Source: Vermamoeba vermiformis (Eukaryota). Taken from it: 58,436 nucleotides of DNA. Under the pieces are notes generated by a model, which saw nothing but the letters and a program-made list of their open reading frames with translations, had not been told where the DNA came from and did not search any database. A program made the position numbers and the translations under genes. The DNA is taken from assembly GCA_045837725.1 (NCBI GenBank), contig JBEWZL010000132.1:248001-306436 (forward strand). The letters run 5' to 3'. Of the stretch, positions 1 through 13,229 are shown one piece after another. Positions within the stretch are counted from its first letter, which is position 1, and the number at the start of each line of letters is the position of its first letter.

Positions 1-264
1 TACGTTACAAACACCAAGTCTAAAAATACCTGTGCGGTATACGTGCGTGTTGCCACAAAGACGCTCGCTCTGTTCTCGCTCTGTTGGGAAGATCCCGCTA
101 AAATGAAGTGCAATGAGGTCGTATAATGTTACTAATACCACGATCGCGCGTTATTGTAGGCGATTATCGTTAATGGGCGCTGTATTGTGCGGTACGATCA
201 ATAAGAGACCTCGGGGAAGGTTTTGGTGAACTATACAACAATAACTTTATTACACAATGATATA

Positions 265-688
265 TTATCCTTCTCGCCACTGATAATTGCATCCACTATC
301 AGCGCATTTATAGAATAATGTTGCCGGTTCGTCTGCTGACCGGATTTGCATCTCGAAATAGTAGGCCTTTAGCTTTCCGCACCGCGGGCAGCGAGCTGCA
401 AAAAAAATATTTTAGAATTATCGCCGATATACATATACATAAAATAGCCATATAATAATTTTAACTGATTATTATGAATTATTATTTGCTTCTCCTACCT
501 TGCGAATCTATATTCTCCCATGTACGTTGGGCTTGAACCTCGTCAGCCTTCTTTCTCTCCAAATAAGTTTTTTTACTCATGCGCTTTCTAATATCGAATG
601 TGTAGGGACATGTTGGGCAGTACCATCGCGATCCAACACCATCCGTTTCAACCATCAAAAGGTTTGAACAACGCGGACAAAACAGCAT
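265..688 (-). CDS. POLR3K: RNA polymerase III subunit RPC11/C11, 2 exons
   Basis: Exon 1 MLFCPRCSNLL...YCPTCPY zinc ribbon. Exon 2 (about 395-265) reads CPRCGKLKAYYFEMQIRSADEPATLFYKC...QWREG*, the TFIIS-like QIRSADEP motif. Confidence 0.92.
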
Positions 689-887
689 TATGAAGAGTAT
701 ATATTACAAGTACCGTGGTCGACTATATTTACATACCGGTAACAGCTGATTACGCTATTTTTCTCGGGACTAAACTAGAGCTTTTCCTCCCAGCAAAATA
801 TCGGGGAGGCAGGCGTGAAATTTTTTCAAAGTCAGTAAAACTGGTGATGTGGCTCTATTCTCTCTTGTAGTAACATTAATTAGCACG

Positions 888-3800
888 ATGGCCTTGAGAT
901 CTTTTGGACGCGGTTCTAACATTCACACTGCTTTCACGCCCTCTCAACAGGCCTCGCAAGTCATCCAAAACTTGCACACGCAGATTCAACAAAAGAAAGT
1001 TAAAATTGTATGTAATAATTTAGAATATCGCTGTATTATGCAGAATTAATATTTACAATAATTTAGCTTGAGTTAGAACGTGTGATCGAACAAAAAACAA
1101 GAGAGAAAGAAGGTTTTGCAGCAACACTTCGTGTCATTAAACGCGAATTAGATGAAATTAATCAGAAAAAATCTAAAATCGTGGAAGAGAAGAATGACTG
1201 GCAACAACAAGCTGATACATTGACGCAACAACGAGATCAGTTGGTAATAAAAAATTCCGTTTTATTTTTTAAATTTACAAAAAATCGAACTAAATATCAA
1301 CCAAATTTTTTTTATCGAGCACCACGTGCTGACTATGTTTATTAGAATGCCAAAGTTGAGGCTCAAAAAACGGATCAAGGCATCCAAGGCAGCGTTCAAG
1401 GTCGTTACGATTCTGTCGTCAAGAGACTCAAGTAAGTGCACGAAAACAACTATTTTCAGACACATTTGTATTAACTTAACAATGGTAAGGCAATTGGATG
1501 CAGATCTGTCAACCTCGCACAACAACCCCTCAAAGGAGCGCGATATTCAATTAGAAATCAAGAAATTGAATGCCACTAAAGTGCACCTTAAGTGAGTACC
1601 AATGAATCAGCTAGATTACGCGAGCATTTATCTGACTGAATTGACAGGGAGCTCGAAGAGTTGGTGCAACAAGTGCGCCGCATGAAGAGTGAGGGTGACA
1701 AGTTGCAAGACAAGATTGACGTAAGTGCACTATTGACATTATCTAGGGACCCAGTTCTCATTATTGCGTGAAAAGAAACTTGCCGAAGATATCAAGCAGC
1801 TGACCGACAAAGAGAAGAAGAAGCAAAATGAGGTCAAAGAACTCGAGACCAATATCAGCGCCATTGATCGCACTGATCTCGAGCCTCGTCAAAAAGAATT
1901 GGGTCTGTTGCAGCTCGAAGTCGAAAAACACCATCAAGACCTCGCGCAAAAGAAAGAAGAACTCGACACTGAAAAGCAGTCGTTCTATCAAAAACAACAA
2001 ACCAGCGTGGGTCGCGGTGTGTCGCACAAACCTGTCACCACGACTACGAGCGACAAGAAGCCCAGTGCACGAGACAGCAATGTGCTCAACTGGTATTTGA
2101 AGGGCTCTTCAAGTCCCACTACGACCTCTAGCGGCAAGGACAATTCAACTGAGAACTTGGTGGCGTACAAGAAGGAAGTGCCCAAGAAGGACGGTCCCAA
2201 GAATCAGAAGTCAAATGACAAGGCTACTGCCACACCTGTCGCTGCGACCCCTGCGCCAGCTGCTCAAACGCAAGTTGCCAAGCCATTCAGCGAGGAGATC
2301 GCTGCGTGCGAGAAGATGATCAAGTACCTCAATAAGTTCAACAAGCCCACCAAGAAGTCGAAGAAACCTGCTAAGACAGCTGAATCAGCTGAGGGCGAGA
2401 CTAACGAACAAGCCCCTGTCGAGGGCGAGCAACAACCCGCTGAAGAGGCTAAGGTTGTTGATGTGGCTATCAGCCATAACTTCGATATGCTCGTCTTGTT
2501 CGAGCGACTTTCACTCGTTGTGCCGACTTCTGGCGCTCAAGTTGAATCTACAGTGCAAGCTGCTCAAGCTCGTCTTGTAAGTTAAATGTTTTTCACCCCG
2601 AAACACGAAGACTAATTCTCGCAGGACTATTTCCGCAAGTTGTCTGCCAAGCGCAGTCCTGCTAGCGAGACCAAAGAAGAGAATGGTCACACTGAGCAGA
2701 GCAACGGGGAAGAACATGAAGCCGAAGACAAGCAACAAGAAAAAGACCAAGCAGCTGAGCAAAAGAAACAAGAGGAGGCTGAGAGACAACGCCAAGAAGC
2801 CGAGGCAGCTGAGAAGCAACGTCAAGAAGAAGAGAGACAAAAGCAAGAAGAGGAGCGCAAGCGCCAAGAAGAGGCTGAACAAAAGAGGTTAGCCGAAGAA
2901 CAACGCAAACAAGAAGAAGAGCGCAAACGTCAAGAGGAAGAAGCTGCTGAAAAACAACGCCAAGAAGCCGAGGCAGCTGAGAAGCAACGTCAAGAAGAAG
3001 AGCGCAAGAAACACGAAGAGGAAGAGAGACAAAAACAAGAGGCTGAAAAGAAGAGACAAGACGAAGAAGCTGCTGAAAGACAACGCCAAGAAGAAGAGCG
3101 AAAGAAGCAAGAAGAAGAGGCTGAGAAACAAAGACAAGAGGCTGAGCAAAAGAGATTAGAACAAGAAGCTGAAGAGAAGCGAAAACGAGAGGAAGAAGAA
3201 GAAAAACAACGTCAAGAAGACGAGCGAAAGAAGCGCGAAGAAGAGGAGCGTCAAGCTGCTGAAAAGAAAAAACAAGAAGAAGAGGCCGAGAGACAACGTC
3301 AAGAAGCTGAAGCCGCTGAAAAGAAGAAGCAAGAGGAAGAGGCTGAGAGACAACGTCAAGAAGCCGAGGCTGCTGAGAAGCAACGTCAGGAAGAAGAGCG
3401 CAAAAAACACGAAGAAGAAGAGAGACAAAAACAAGAGGCTGAAAAGAAGAGACAAGAAGAAGAGGCTGCTGAAAGACAACGCCAAGAAGAAGAGCGAAAG
3501 AAACAAGAAGAAGAGGCTGAAAAACAGCGTCAAGAAGCTGAAGCTGCTGAAAAGAAACGCCAAGAAGAGGCTGAGCAAAAGAAACAACAAGAAGAGGCTG
3601 CTGAGAAGCAGCGCCAGGAAGAAGAGGCTCGTGCTCAAAAAGAAAAAGAAGAAGCTGAGCACAAGCGACAAGAAGAAGAGAAGCAACAAGAGGCTCAGAA
3701 ACAAGCTGAAACTAAAAAACAAGAAGAGACTAAGAAGTCTTCAGAAGTTGTTGCTAATGCCCCTAAATTTAGTTTCTTGTTTGGTAAGTATTGCAGTTAG

Positions 3801-4754
3801 CAAGGTGAGTAGACGTGATACTAATCATCGAAACAGAAACGCACTACCGAAACAGTTTGTTGGCTAGAAGTCCCGCACCTGCCAACAAAGTTGAAGCAGA
3901 AGAGAAGAAGCCTGCTCAACCCAAGCAAAAGCAAGAGAAGAAAGCTAAGGCTGAACAAAAGAGCGAGAACAAGACCGAACACAACAAGAGGCAAGAGAAC
4001 TCCAGCGCTGCTCCTTCGTTCAGTTTCCTCTTTGGTATGTTTGAATATTACTTGCCTAAGCCGGTGTTAACTTATTACAGAATACCACTACCGAAACCGA
4101 TTGATGCAGCAACCTGCAGCTAATCCTGACGCTAGCAATACCAACACTAAGAAGTCAAAGAAGAACAAGTCTGAAGAAAAGGCTGCTCCTCAAGAGGTTG
4201 CCGAGAAGGTCGAGGAGAAGGCTGTTCCCGAAACAGTTGTAGCCCCGTAAGTATTTATAGCACGCACTCTAACTGTCAGGCACTAACGACCATTCAGTGA
4301 ACCAACCACTGCTCCTCAAGAGGAAACAAAGCCCGCTGCCGCTGCTGATGATGACTTTGACGTGTTTGGTGAGATGACTGAAGAAGAGGCTGCCAAGAAG
4401 GCTGAGAACGAGAAGAAGGCCGCTGAAGAGAAGGCCAAGAAGGACGCTAGCAAGAAGGCTCCTGTTATCGGCAGATCTACCGTCATTCTTGACGTCAAGC
4501 CTTGGGAGGCCGATGAAGAAGGCTCCACCAAGATTATGGATGAGATTGATGCCGCCTGCAGATCCATCCAACAAGAGGGTCTTGAATGGAAGGCCAAAGA
4601 GATTATCAAGATCGGCTTCGGTATCACTAAGCTGCGTATCATGGCCAACATTGTTGATGACCTCGTCTCTGTTGACGGTATTATTGAACAAATTCAAGAC
4701 AAGTTCGACGAGCTCGTCCAATCTGTTGATATCTTTGCCTTCAACAAGCTGTAA
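888..4754 (+). CDS. Large multi-exon protein: Bfr1/PPI-like coiled coil + E/Q/K/R-rich helical repeat + C-terminal eEF1B beta/delta exchange domain
   Basis: The C-terminus DDDFDVFG...RSTVILDVKPW...IGFGITKLRI...VQSVDIFAFNKL is the EF1B GEF domain. GT-AG introns 2577-2624, 3784-3836, 4035-4080 and 4247-4297 keep the upstream ORFs in frame. Confidence 0.75.
2740..3730 (+). repeat. Coding degenerate tandem repeat (EAEAAEKQRQEEERKK-type; likely single alpha-helix/coiled coil)
   Basis: ORF 2640-3800 is almost entirely E/Q/K/R/A with recurring blocks. Confidence 0.9.
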
Positions 4755-4961
4755 TGTTAGGCAGCAATTGCTCTGCGCTAGTTTGAAACAATAAAAACCT
4801 TCATGCGAACAAACTTCCTATAAATTAACTCCCCCATTCAGTTAGCGTAGTGGTTTTATTTATAAGCACGTGCGCCAATAAACAACTCAGAACGGTTTCA
4901 AAAATTTAAAACCGATGAATTGAAATGGCGGGAATAATTGTTAGTTTGTTAGTAGTAAGCC

Positions 4962-5595
4962 ATGACTGACGAAAGCTACGAACTTCCTCGTGCGGTTATT
5001 AATCGCATTGTTAAGCAATCGGTATACATTAAAAACAAGCTTCGGCTTGAAGCAAATCTGATCGAACTAATACTTTGTTGTGATAGCTTCCAGAGGGCGT
5101 GCAACTCGCTAAAGATACAAAATTAGCACTGACTAAAGCTGCTAAAGTATTTATATTATATGTTACTGCTTGGTAAGTCACTAATTAATATTCTCATAAT
5201 CGCCGACGCGATTTCTTAATAATATGCTGGCATTAATGGCAGTAATATTCACGTAATAATACAAATTTAAGTGCCAATGATTTTTGCAAGAGCTGCAACA
5301 GAACCACCATCGGTGTCAACCACGTACACGGTGCGATCGAAGAGCTCGAATTTAAAGGATTCAACGAAAAATTGAAGCAGTTCTTCGACGGTAACGTGAA
5401 CATAATATGGCCAGCTTGCGTACTAATCACACTGCAGAATACAAACAAGAGCAAACGAGCAAGAAGGCTGCTAAGAAAAAGAGCGGCAAAGAGGACAAGG
5501 AAGAAGGAGGTGACGAGGATAAAGAAGACAAAGAGGAGAAGGACGAGAAGGAAGAGAAAGATGAAAAGGAGGAAGAGGAGAATGAAGACGAATAA
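4962..5595 (+). CDS. POLE3: Histone-fold protein POLE3/CHRAC17/DPB4-like, 4 exons, acidic tail
   Basis: Spliced product [53 protein letters not shown]...IEELEF. Confidence 0.8.
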
Positions 5596-5658
5596 GATCC
5601 GACTCACATTCAGCTGTAAATAATGACACAATACTTGTTGATAAATTGGTTTATTAAT

Positions 5659-7439
5659 TTATAGCCGGTGGATCAGTGCGCGGTTATCAGTGCCACCAGT
5701 GACAATGTATTGCGGGCTATCTTTGGCTTTGAATGCAGTCATGCTCAACACCTTGTGCGGCGGTGTCTTGACCGCTGTGTTGGTGTTCGTAGTGTTGTTG
5801 TTGGGCAGGCCTTTGTTGTGTGCGCGAGACAAGGACACGAGAGGCACTGAAGCACGCAAGTCCCACACTTTGATGGTGCCATTGTAGTCTGCTGAAGCGA
5901 GCATAGGGAGTGCTGAGTCACCGCTTTCACTCTGTTCATTGACGAGCAGTGAGCCAGACAACCAGCTCAGTGCTGCAGGCATGGCACGGTGAGCAGTGAG
6001 TGAGCGGACTGAATCAGGGGCACGCGAGTCCCAAAGTCGAATAGCGTAGTCCGAGTGACCTGAGGCCACAACGGGAGCAGGACGAGTCATGCCGAGCACA
6101 GGGGACGAGGTCTTGGCCTGTGACAGTGTGAGGGCTGATTCGACGTCCCACAATCTGATTCCACCGTCCCAACTGCCTGTCACCATGCGCGAGCCTTTTT
6201 CACTGAAGTAAATGGCATTGATAACTCCTTTGTGGCCTGTGTAGGTGCGAATCGATTTCTGAAATGTCAACCAATCAGTTCGAGTGTCATTAATAATGAT
6301 AGCAATAATACACTTACTCGTTCAATCTGTGTGCTAGTGCTCTTGTTCTTTTTCTGTTTCTTTTTCTTAGGTCCGTCCTCGGGTACCTCTTCATTATCTG
6401 CATTGTAGTCCGTGGCTTCATCACGCAAGTCCCAAATTTTCACAGTGTGGTCCCATGAACCAGTGCACATGAGCAACGATGTGGGATCAACGTCCAAGTC
6501 CTCAACACCACCTTCGTGACCGACCAATCGCATGGCTTGCACACCACTGCAGCCCTCTTGAGGTGAGCTCTTGTCGTGTTTGCCGCTCAATGCTCGCTTT
6601 GTAATTTGAACGCGCCACATAATGATCGAACGATCGAGACTGCCGCTGACGACACCGAGTGACAGTGACGCGGTGTCAGTAGCATTGGGGTCTGCGAATG
6701 AAGCAATAGCCTTGATGGGCTGCGTGTGTCCCGTGAGCTCCAAGCTTGCATTGTCAGGCATGACTGTCGTGTTGTGTCCTGTGAGCCACAATCGCACTGC
6801 TCCGTCGTAGCAGCCGCTGAAGAGTGGCAGTTGAGCGTGATCTGTCAGCGTGCTAGTGAACTTGTCGAGTGCACCAACCCAGTCTGGATGCAGCAGTTGT
6901 GAGTTCTGTTCTAATTCTCCAAGTGCGCGCATGTACCAGATTGTAATTGTTTCTTCCTATTAACGTTCCATGGTCAGATCGCGAAGAGAATAAGAACAGA
7001 TCCACGCGTTACCTCTGTTTTGTTGTTTCTTCGCAGCCATACTTCCAATGACGTTCTCAAAAATTCATTTTCAATAATAAAATCGAAGGGGATAGGATTT
7101 TTTTCTGAATGGTAAAAGAGATTCGTTAGCAAATCCAATCTTGGATCGGCGATCTGAAAATAATTAACGTGTAATAAATTAAGTCTGAGGCTGCACAATA
7201 AAATTAAAATTATTTCCTATAATTTCCTGCGAGTTGAAGCTCTGATCAGGCAGGAAACTAATAATTAAATTCATGATGGATGTACCTCTGTCAAGCAAGT
7301 GATTGATGACTTGTGATAGACCTAATCGTGTTAATCGTTCTGGTACTGCAAAGGGCTTCTCAGTGACGGCATATTCAGCCTCCTTCGTTTTGAAACTGAC
7401 CAAGATGGTCTTCTCGTCTGCTCCCTCAAAGGCTGACAT
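5659..7439 (-). CDS. WDR12: Ribosome biogenesis WD40 protein YTM1/WDR12
   Basis: N-terminal NLE domain (LSQVINHLL, FDFIIENEFLRTSL), HPDWV motif, multiple WD40 repeats. Confidence 0.9.
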
Positions 7440-7591
7440 TATGATATAGATGTGTTATTCTATTATACAATAGTGATTTTTATGTTGGGCAACCGGAGGA
7501 TTTTGGACACGCGATCCAGAGCCACGTGCACGACCAACCCTGGTAACAGCAAACGAAATTTTCAAAACTAATAAACCAGCCAGAGCAACAC

Positions 7592-10500
7592 ATGGCTTTG
7601 TAAATATGAATACAATATTAAGGCAGTTAATAGCAAGCCCTCATCCTGATGCAGTAAAGTCTTCAGTCGGATCCACTGTCATCGATAAAATTTCGAAGCA
7701 ACAGATCGAGTCAGAATGCAGCTCATTACTTGCTACTTGCCAAGAATGGATTTTAGTACGTATGATTTAGCAGTATTTCTACTATCCGATAAATTGACAA
7801 ATAATTTGTAATAAAACAAAGAATTCTTCATTTTTAATGGACTCTAACATTGCGCTTATAGGACGATAAGAGTATTATATGCAATCAATTAGCAGTGCAA
7901 TTATTAAACAAAATTGCGGAAAATTTACCTGCGCAAGTTGACCAGCATTTCTCAGCCGAGAGTTTGATTGGCTTTTTTGCGCAACGTGATGTAAGGATAA
8001 TATTAATTATATTATTTATGACTAATGTTGATGAAGTTCGATCGTCTTCCGCGTGCTTTTGAAGCTGTCAAGCAGATCTTGTTAGCAAAGAAGAAAAATG
8101 ATTTATCAATTCAATACGAAGCTGATTTATTGTCCCGATACATCGATCTCATCGTCAATAATGCTCGTATCACACCTAAGCTTCAAGTACGCGTAGTGAC
8201 GGTGCTGTGTTTGATGCAGATCTGATACATGTCTTAGGTTGCCATTGCTTCGCTCGCTGCAGCAGTGCCCGAGTGTGGAACAAATGCCCTAGTCACTGTA
8301 AGTATACTGGATGTTAATATGTGAATATGAACTGACACTGAACAGAGTGCTGTGCGGTGGCTGTCACGTGTCACAGTTGAAAGTCACTCGCACGCAGCAT
8401 TCGATGAATTTGTGCAAACAACGGTGCAAATGATCGATCACGTGATCACATTGCACGCTTATTGGGGCCGCGCGATGCTACAGACCCTCATTGAAGTCTT
8501 GCATCGCTGTGAGAGTGAACTCGTGAGTGACAGTCTGTCCGCACTGCTCGCACTGTCCAGTGTGCGCAATGCAGCAGCCAACGACTGGAAGTTGATGAGC
8601 AGCGATGATTCGAATGATGCAATATTGGGCGAGATGCGATTGATGATTTTGTTGTCACGTTGGCCCCTCACCAATGACACGTGTCAATGGCCGATGTTGA
8701 TCTATCGACGACTCATTATGCGACACAAATTCGAGTGCTTTTTGTTGCTGGCTCATCGCATTCCATTCTTAGTGCCTCATCGTAGGTTCATGTCGCGTGA
8801 TTAATACGATGATTACTGATCTCGGTGCAGTGGTGCAACAGATGTACATACCCGCACTGCGTGAAGGAGCGCTGACAGTGTTGGAGCACTATTTGCTGGG
8901 CTATCAACACAGTGCCTATGCATTCCACACCAATCTGAATCACATCACCAACTTGTTGATGCATTTGATCAAAGAGAAGCAAGCAAACGACAAGGAAGTA
9001 CCTCCGAGCGACAGTACCACGACACCAATGGAAGTTGACAACAATAACAATCAAGAGCTATTCACGCTGAACTATCACTCGTTGAAGTTACTGCACGAGA
9101 TCTATTCAGATGTCGTTAAAGAGCCAGCTGTGATTGAGTACTCGTCAAAAGAAGAAGTTGCGAGTAAATTAGATCCGGTGTTGAATAGATTCATCGAGCT
9201 CATTTACGTGCTGATTGAGCGACACACAGGACACCCTGAATTATATCAGCCAGTGCTGGAGCTCATACACGACTATGTAAGTCTGTTGCTGCTCTCTCGT
9301 TCATGAATTAACACTGTTACAGCCACGACCCTCGGCACTCACTGTCAAACGCAAACTCGATGAAGCAGCGTGGACCAATGCCAGTGAACTGCAGATGATT
9401 GCACGCGAGAGTGTTGAGGACATGGAGATGATGTCCCTGTCAGACTCGAGCAGCAGAGCCAGTCTGTTCCCTGAGCGAGGTGACAAAGAGTTGATTGGAC
9501 TGAACAACATGGGCAACACGTGTTACATGAATAGTTTCTTGCAAGTGTTGAACATGACCGATCAGCTGAGGCTCGAGCTGTTTGATCTGGACTTCCAGCA
9601 CATCAAGGGCAACAAGGGCTACAAGTTCGGACCAGCAGATTCAATTAATATTTACAGAAATTTGCAGCTGTTGATGGGCAGTCTGTTGTTGTCCAAGAGA
9701 CGAGCCATAACACCAGCTTCATTTTTAAAGTCGTTGCCTGATTGGTGGCGCACTGGCCGTCAACAAGACTCTGGCGAGTTTGGTCGATTTCTGTTCGACC
9801 AATTAGACAACGCTGTCAAAGTACCCGTCCCTCCCAAAGACGGCAAATCAGTGGAGCTCACGAGTGCAGTCAACGATGTATTTGGAGGCACGACAAAGAC
9901 ACTGATCACGTGCTCAAAGTGCAACACGGTGTCAGCACGCAAAGAGTCCATCATTGACCTGTCAATTGCATTTCCACCGTCCAGTGAAACACCTGATGGC
10001 ACACTCGAGGACCTGATTCAGTACAACTACGACAGTGCAGGTGAAGTGTTGGAAGGTGACAACAGCTATTCGTGCGAGACCTGTCGAGAGCACACGCGAG
10101 CGATGAAGAAGACAGTGCTGTATGTAGCTCCCGAAGAACAAGCGCCCAAGCATCTGTTGATCACACTCAATCGATTTTCATATGACTACAAGACCTCTAC
10201 GAGATCTAAATTGATGACACAGGCATGTAATGATCGTGTTTGAGTGCTGAAGCTAACGCATGACAGGTGTCATACCCCGAGTTCCTCCAAGTGCCCGTGT
10301 ACTACGACGCATCGGAGTCCAAGTTAGACAAGAAGCACGTGGTCTATGTGCTGTACGGTGTGGTCATGCACGCAGGTCAATCAGCCGAGTACGGTCACTA
10401 CTACAGCTATGCCCGTCACTCGTACAGCACTGTATTGCAGTGTTTTGAGTCACCACTCGTAGTCGGTGATGAACCTCGTCTATCATCCACGTGGTACAGA

Positions 10501-10851
10501 TTCAACGATGAAGTGGTCGATCGCTCTGACTTGGCCTCGTTCACTCAAATCTCAAAACACTTTTCCAACGACGTGCCGTACATGTTGTTCTACATTCGTG
10601 CCGATCACGTGCCAGATCAAGTTTCACTGAACAAGCTCCTCAGTCCTGAATTGCCACACTGGCTCGTGGAAGAAGTGGACAAAGACAACGAGAAGTTCGC
10701 GAAAGAACGCACCAACACGACACGTGCAGTGAATCCTTGGGCCAACAAGAAATATGATTGGTGGCAAGACCCTGACAAGGACAACGACAACACGCCTTGG
10801 AGACCTGGTGGTGGTGGATTTGGTGGAGGATTCAATCACGCTGTATTTTAA
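7592..10851 (+). CDS. Ubiquitin-specific protease, USP35/USP38-like
   Basis: Cys box GLNNMGNTCYMNSFLQ, QQDSGEF, His box HAGQSAEYGHYYSY, WYRFND. The N-terminus MNTILRQLIASPHPDAVK resembles the USP35/38 start. Confidence 0.85.
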
Positions 10852-11098
10852 TGTAAGCCATGTCTGATGTAAATATTCGCGAAACAAACAATCTGCAAAC
10901 TACAGTGGGGCGCTCTCTATTTATTCGGCTCTAAGTGGCCAACAAATACCTAGTATCTACGTTTCAAGGAATAGGATAATGAATTCTGAGATTTGGTCTA
11001 CCAGGGCTTGACATTTCCCGATTTAGAAAAATTGGTTGATTAAATTGTCCGCGTTCAGTTTTCATTTTTAAATCGAACTTTGCACATTAATACAACAC

Positions 11099-12923
11099 AT
11101 GGGTGCTATTAATCACCAAGAAGACCTTAGCTTGTTCGCATTCGACGACTTGGGTCCTGTATTGACCGATAACGAGTCGCCAGTCTTCAAACGCAAATCT
11201 ATCGAATTATTGCGCGAGCAACACTTTAAGCCCTCTCAAAAGACAGTTGTATTGAACAAGGTGCATTTAGATGACTTTAGTGTGCTCAAATTGGTCGGAC
11301 AAGGCGGTTATGGCAAGGTAAAGCTTCGTTTTTTCGGTTATTTTCCTTATTCCCGATCCAATTTCAACATTAAATAATTCCAAATCGATAAGACTAATTA
11401 TGATAAATATAGGTCTATCAAGTTGAAAAGAAAGCAAATAAGCGAATTTACGCGTTGAAAGTCATGAGAAAAGACTTCCTGATCAAATCAAAAGTAGTTT
11501 CGCACACGATCGCAGAGAAGGAGATTTTAAGAAAGATTAAGCACCCATTTTTAATAGGATTGCACTATGCTTTCCAAACTGAAGGTACGTAATCGAATCA
11601 GCGTGACACGATCGACAAATTGGCGCCCTTTCGTGCATCTGATCTGATAGTTTGTCGATAGGCAAGCTTTGCCTAGTAATGGACTTTGCTAATGGTGGGC
11701 AGCTCTTCACGCACTTGGTAAGCGAAATCAAGCCACAAATCTGATCGCTTTCAAACTTTGTGACCGTTAACAAAATAATATCTAATACGCTTCTTAATAT
11801 TGTCATAATAGCAGTTTAACTGTCATATTATTGCCCTAATCGTATATACAGCGTAAGGAAGCCACGCTGTTGGAGGATCAAGTGCGCGTCTATCTTGCGG
11901 AGCTCGTGTTGGCTTTGGAACACTTGCACAATTCCAATATCATTCACCGGTACGCTGCTATATATTGTATATACGCACATCATGCTAATAAGCAGATGAT
12001 ATTGTCAGAGACCTCAAGCCAGAGAATATCTTGTTGGATGGATCGGGTCACATCTTGTTGACCGATTTTGGCTTGGCGAAGGAGAACGTTGATGAGAACA
12101 ATAGAGCAATGTCATTGTGCGGCACTCTAGGTCAGTACTATTCAAATTGCACTCCACTGTGCGCGTAGATCTGACCAGCCCCTCGCAGAGTACATGTCCC
12201 CCGAAATGATCAAGGGCGAGCCCTACGGCAAGTCCACCGATCTCTGGTCCCTCGGCATTCTGTTGTACGACATTCTCACGGGCAAACCACCCTTCCAGAG
12301 CAAGGGCCGCAATGCTTTGCAAAAGAAAATTTTGACCGAGAAGATCAAGTACCCGACTTACTTAACTTCCAATTGCGTCAATTTATTGAAGGGCGTAAGT
12401 ACACGAATAGCATATAGTAATCAGTAGCCAGCGAAGGCACACTGATTTTTCGGTTATGAATTACGCCTCGAACATTCGAAGGAGAATTAGACAGCAGTTT
12501 GTGTCACGTGTCAAACATTCCACTGACTTTTCTTGACAGCTGATTGAACGCAACGTCGAGAAGAGATTGACACTCGAAGCGGTCAAGAAACACCCGTTCT
12601 TCAAGGCCATGGACTGGGACAAGGTCCTCTCGCGTGATTACGATCCACCAATCCGTCCTCAAGTCTCAGAGGGTCTGCGCGATGTCTCTAACTTCGACGA
12701 AGAGCTCACTTCGCAAGATCCAATGTTGAGTCCTGGTGCCAGTCTGTCTGCCAGTCAAGAAGTGCACTTCAAAAACTTCACTTGGGTGCGCTCAAGCGAG
12801 TGGCCTCTGAATATGTCGCACTCAGGCGAGCTCGATCACATTCCCGAACACGAACACGAGCACGTTGAGCACCACGATGTGCCAGGGGAAGAGAAGTGTC
12901 TCGCACAGTTGAGTTTGGATTGA
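11099..12923 (+). CDS. AGC kinase, p70 S6 kinase-like
   Basis: [16 protein letters not shown] (split by an intron), DFGLAKE, CGTLEYMSPE, AGC tail with hydrophobic motif FKNFTW. Confidence 0.88.
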
Positions 12924-13229
12924 CTGACCGGCCAGATCCGCCGTCAGTCCTCCACAACATTTGTACAGTGTCCATTATATATTCCTTACTTATGTAGCTC
13001 GATAGCAGAACCGCGGGTCGCGAATAGAAGAATAAAAATTGGTTTACCAAAACACCCACTTTCATTATCTAACAATTCACAAAGATGACAAGAAGTCTGT
13101 TTAGCCCAATGTGTAAACTTTACCTTCTTCCCATGGCGCAAGAATGTATCCATATTTATCAACTGTCCAGGCGAATTGTTAGTTTCGTCTGTAAGAAGTT
13201 CGTCGATTGCAGATGAATAGACATTTAAT

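Noticed and set aside
2511-3722. Very hydrophobic minus-strand ORFs (L/F/S-rich)
   Set aside because: Antisense shadows of the GAA/CAA-rich coding repeat, not membrane proteins.
2740-3730. Repeat region as a CRISPR-like array
   Set aside because: Codon-phased degenerate coding repeats with no constant repeat/unique spacer structure.
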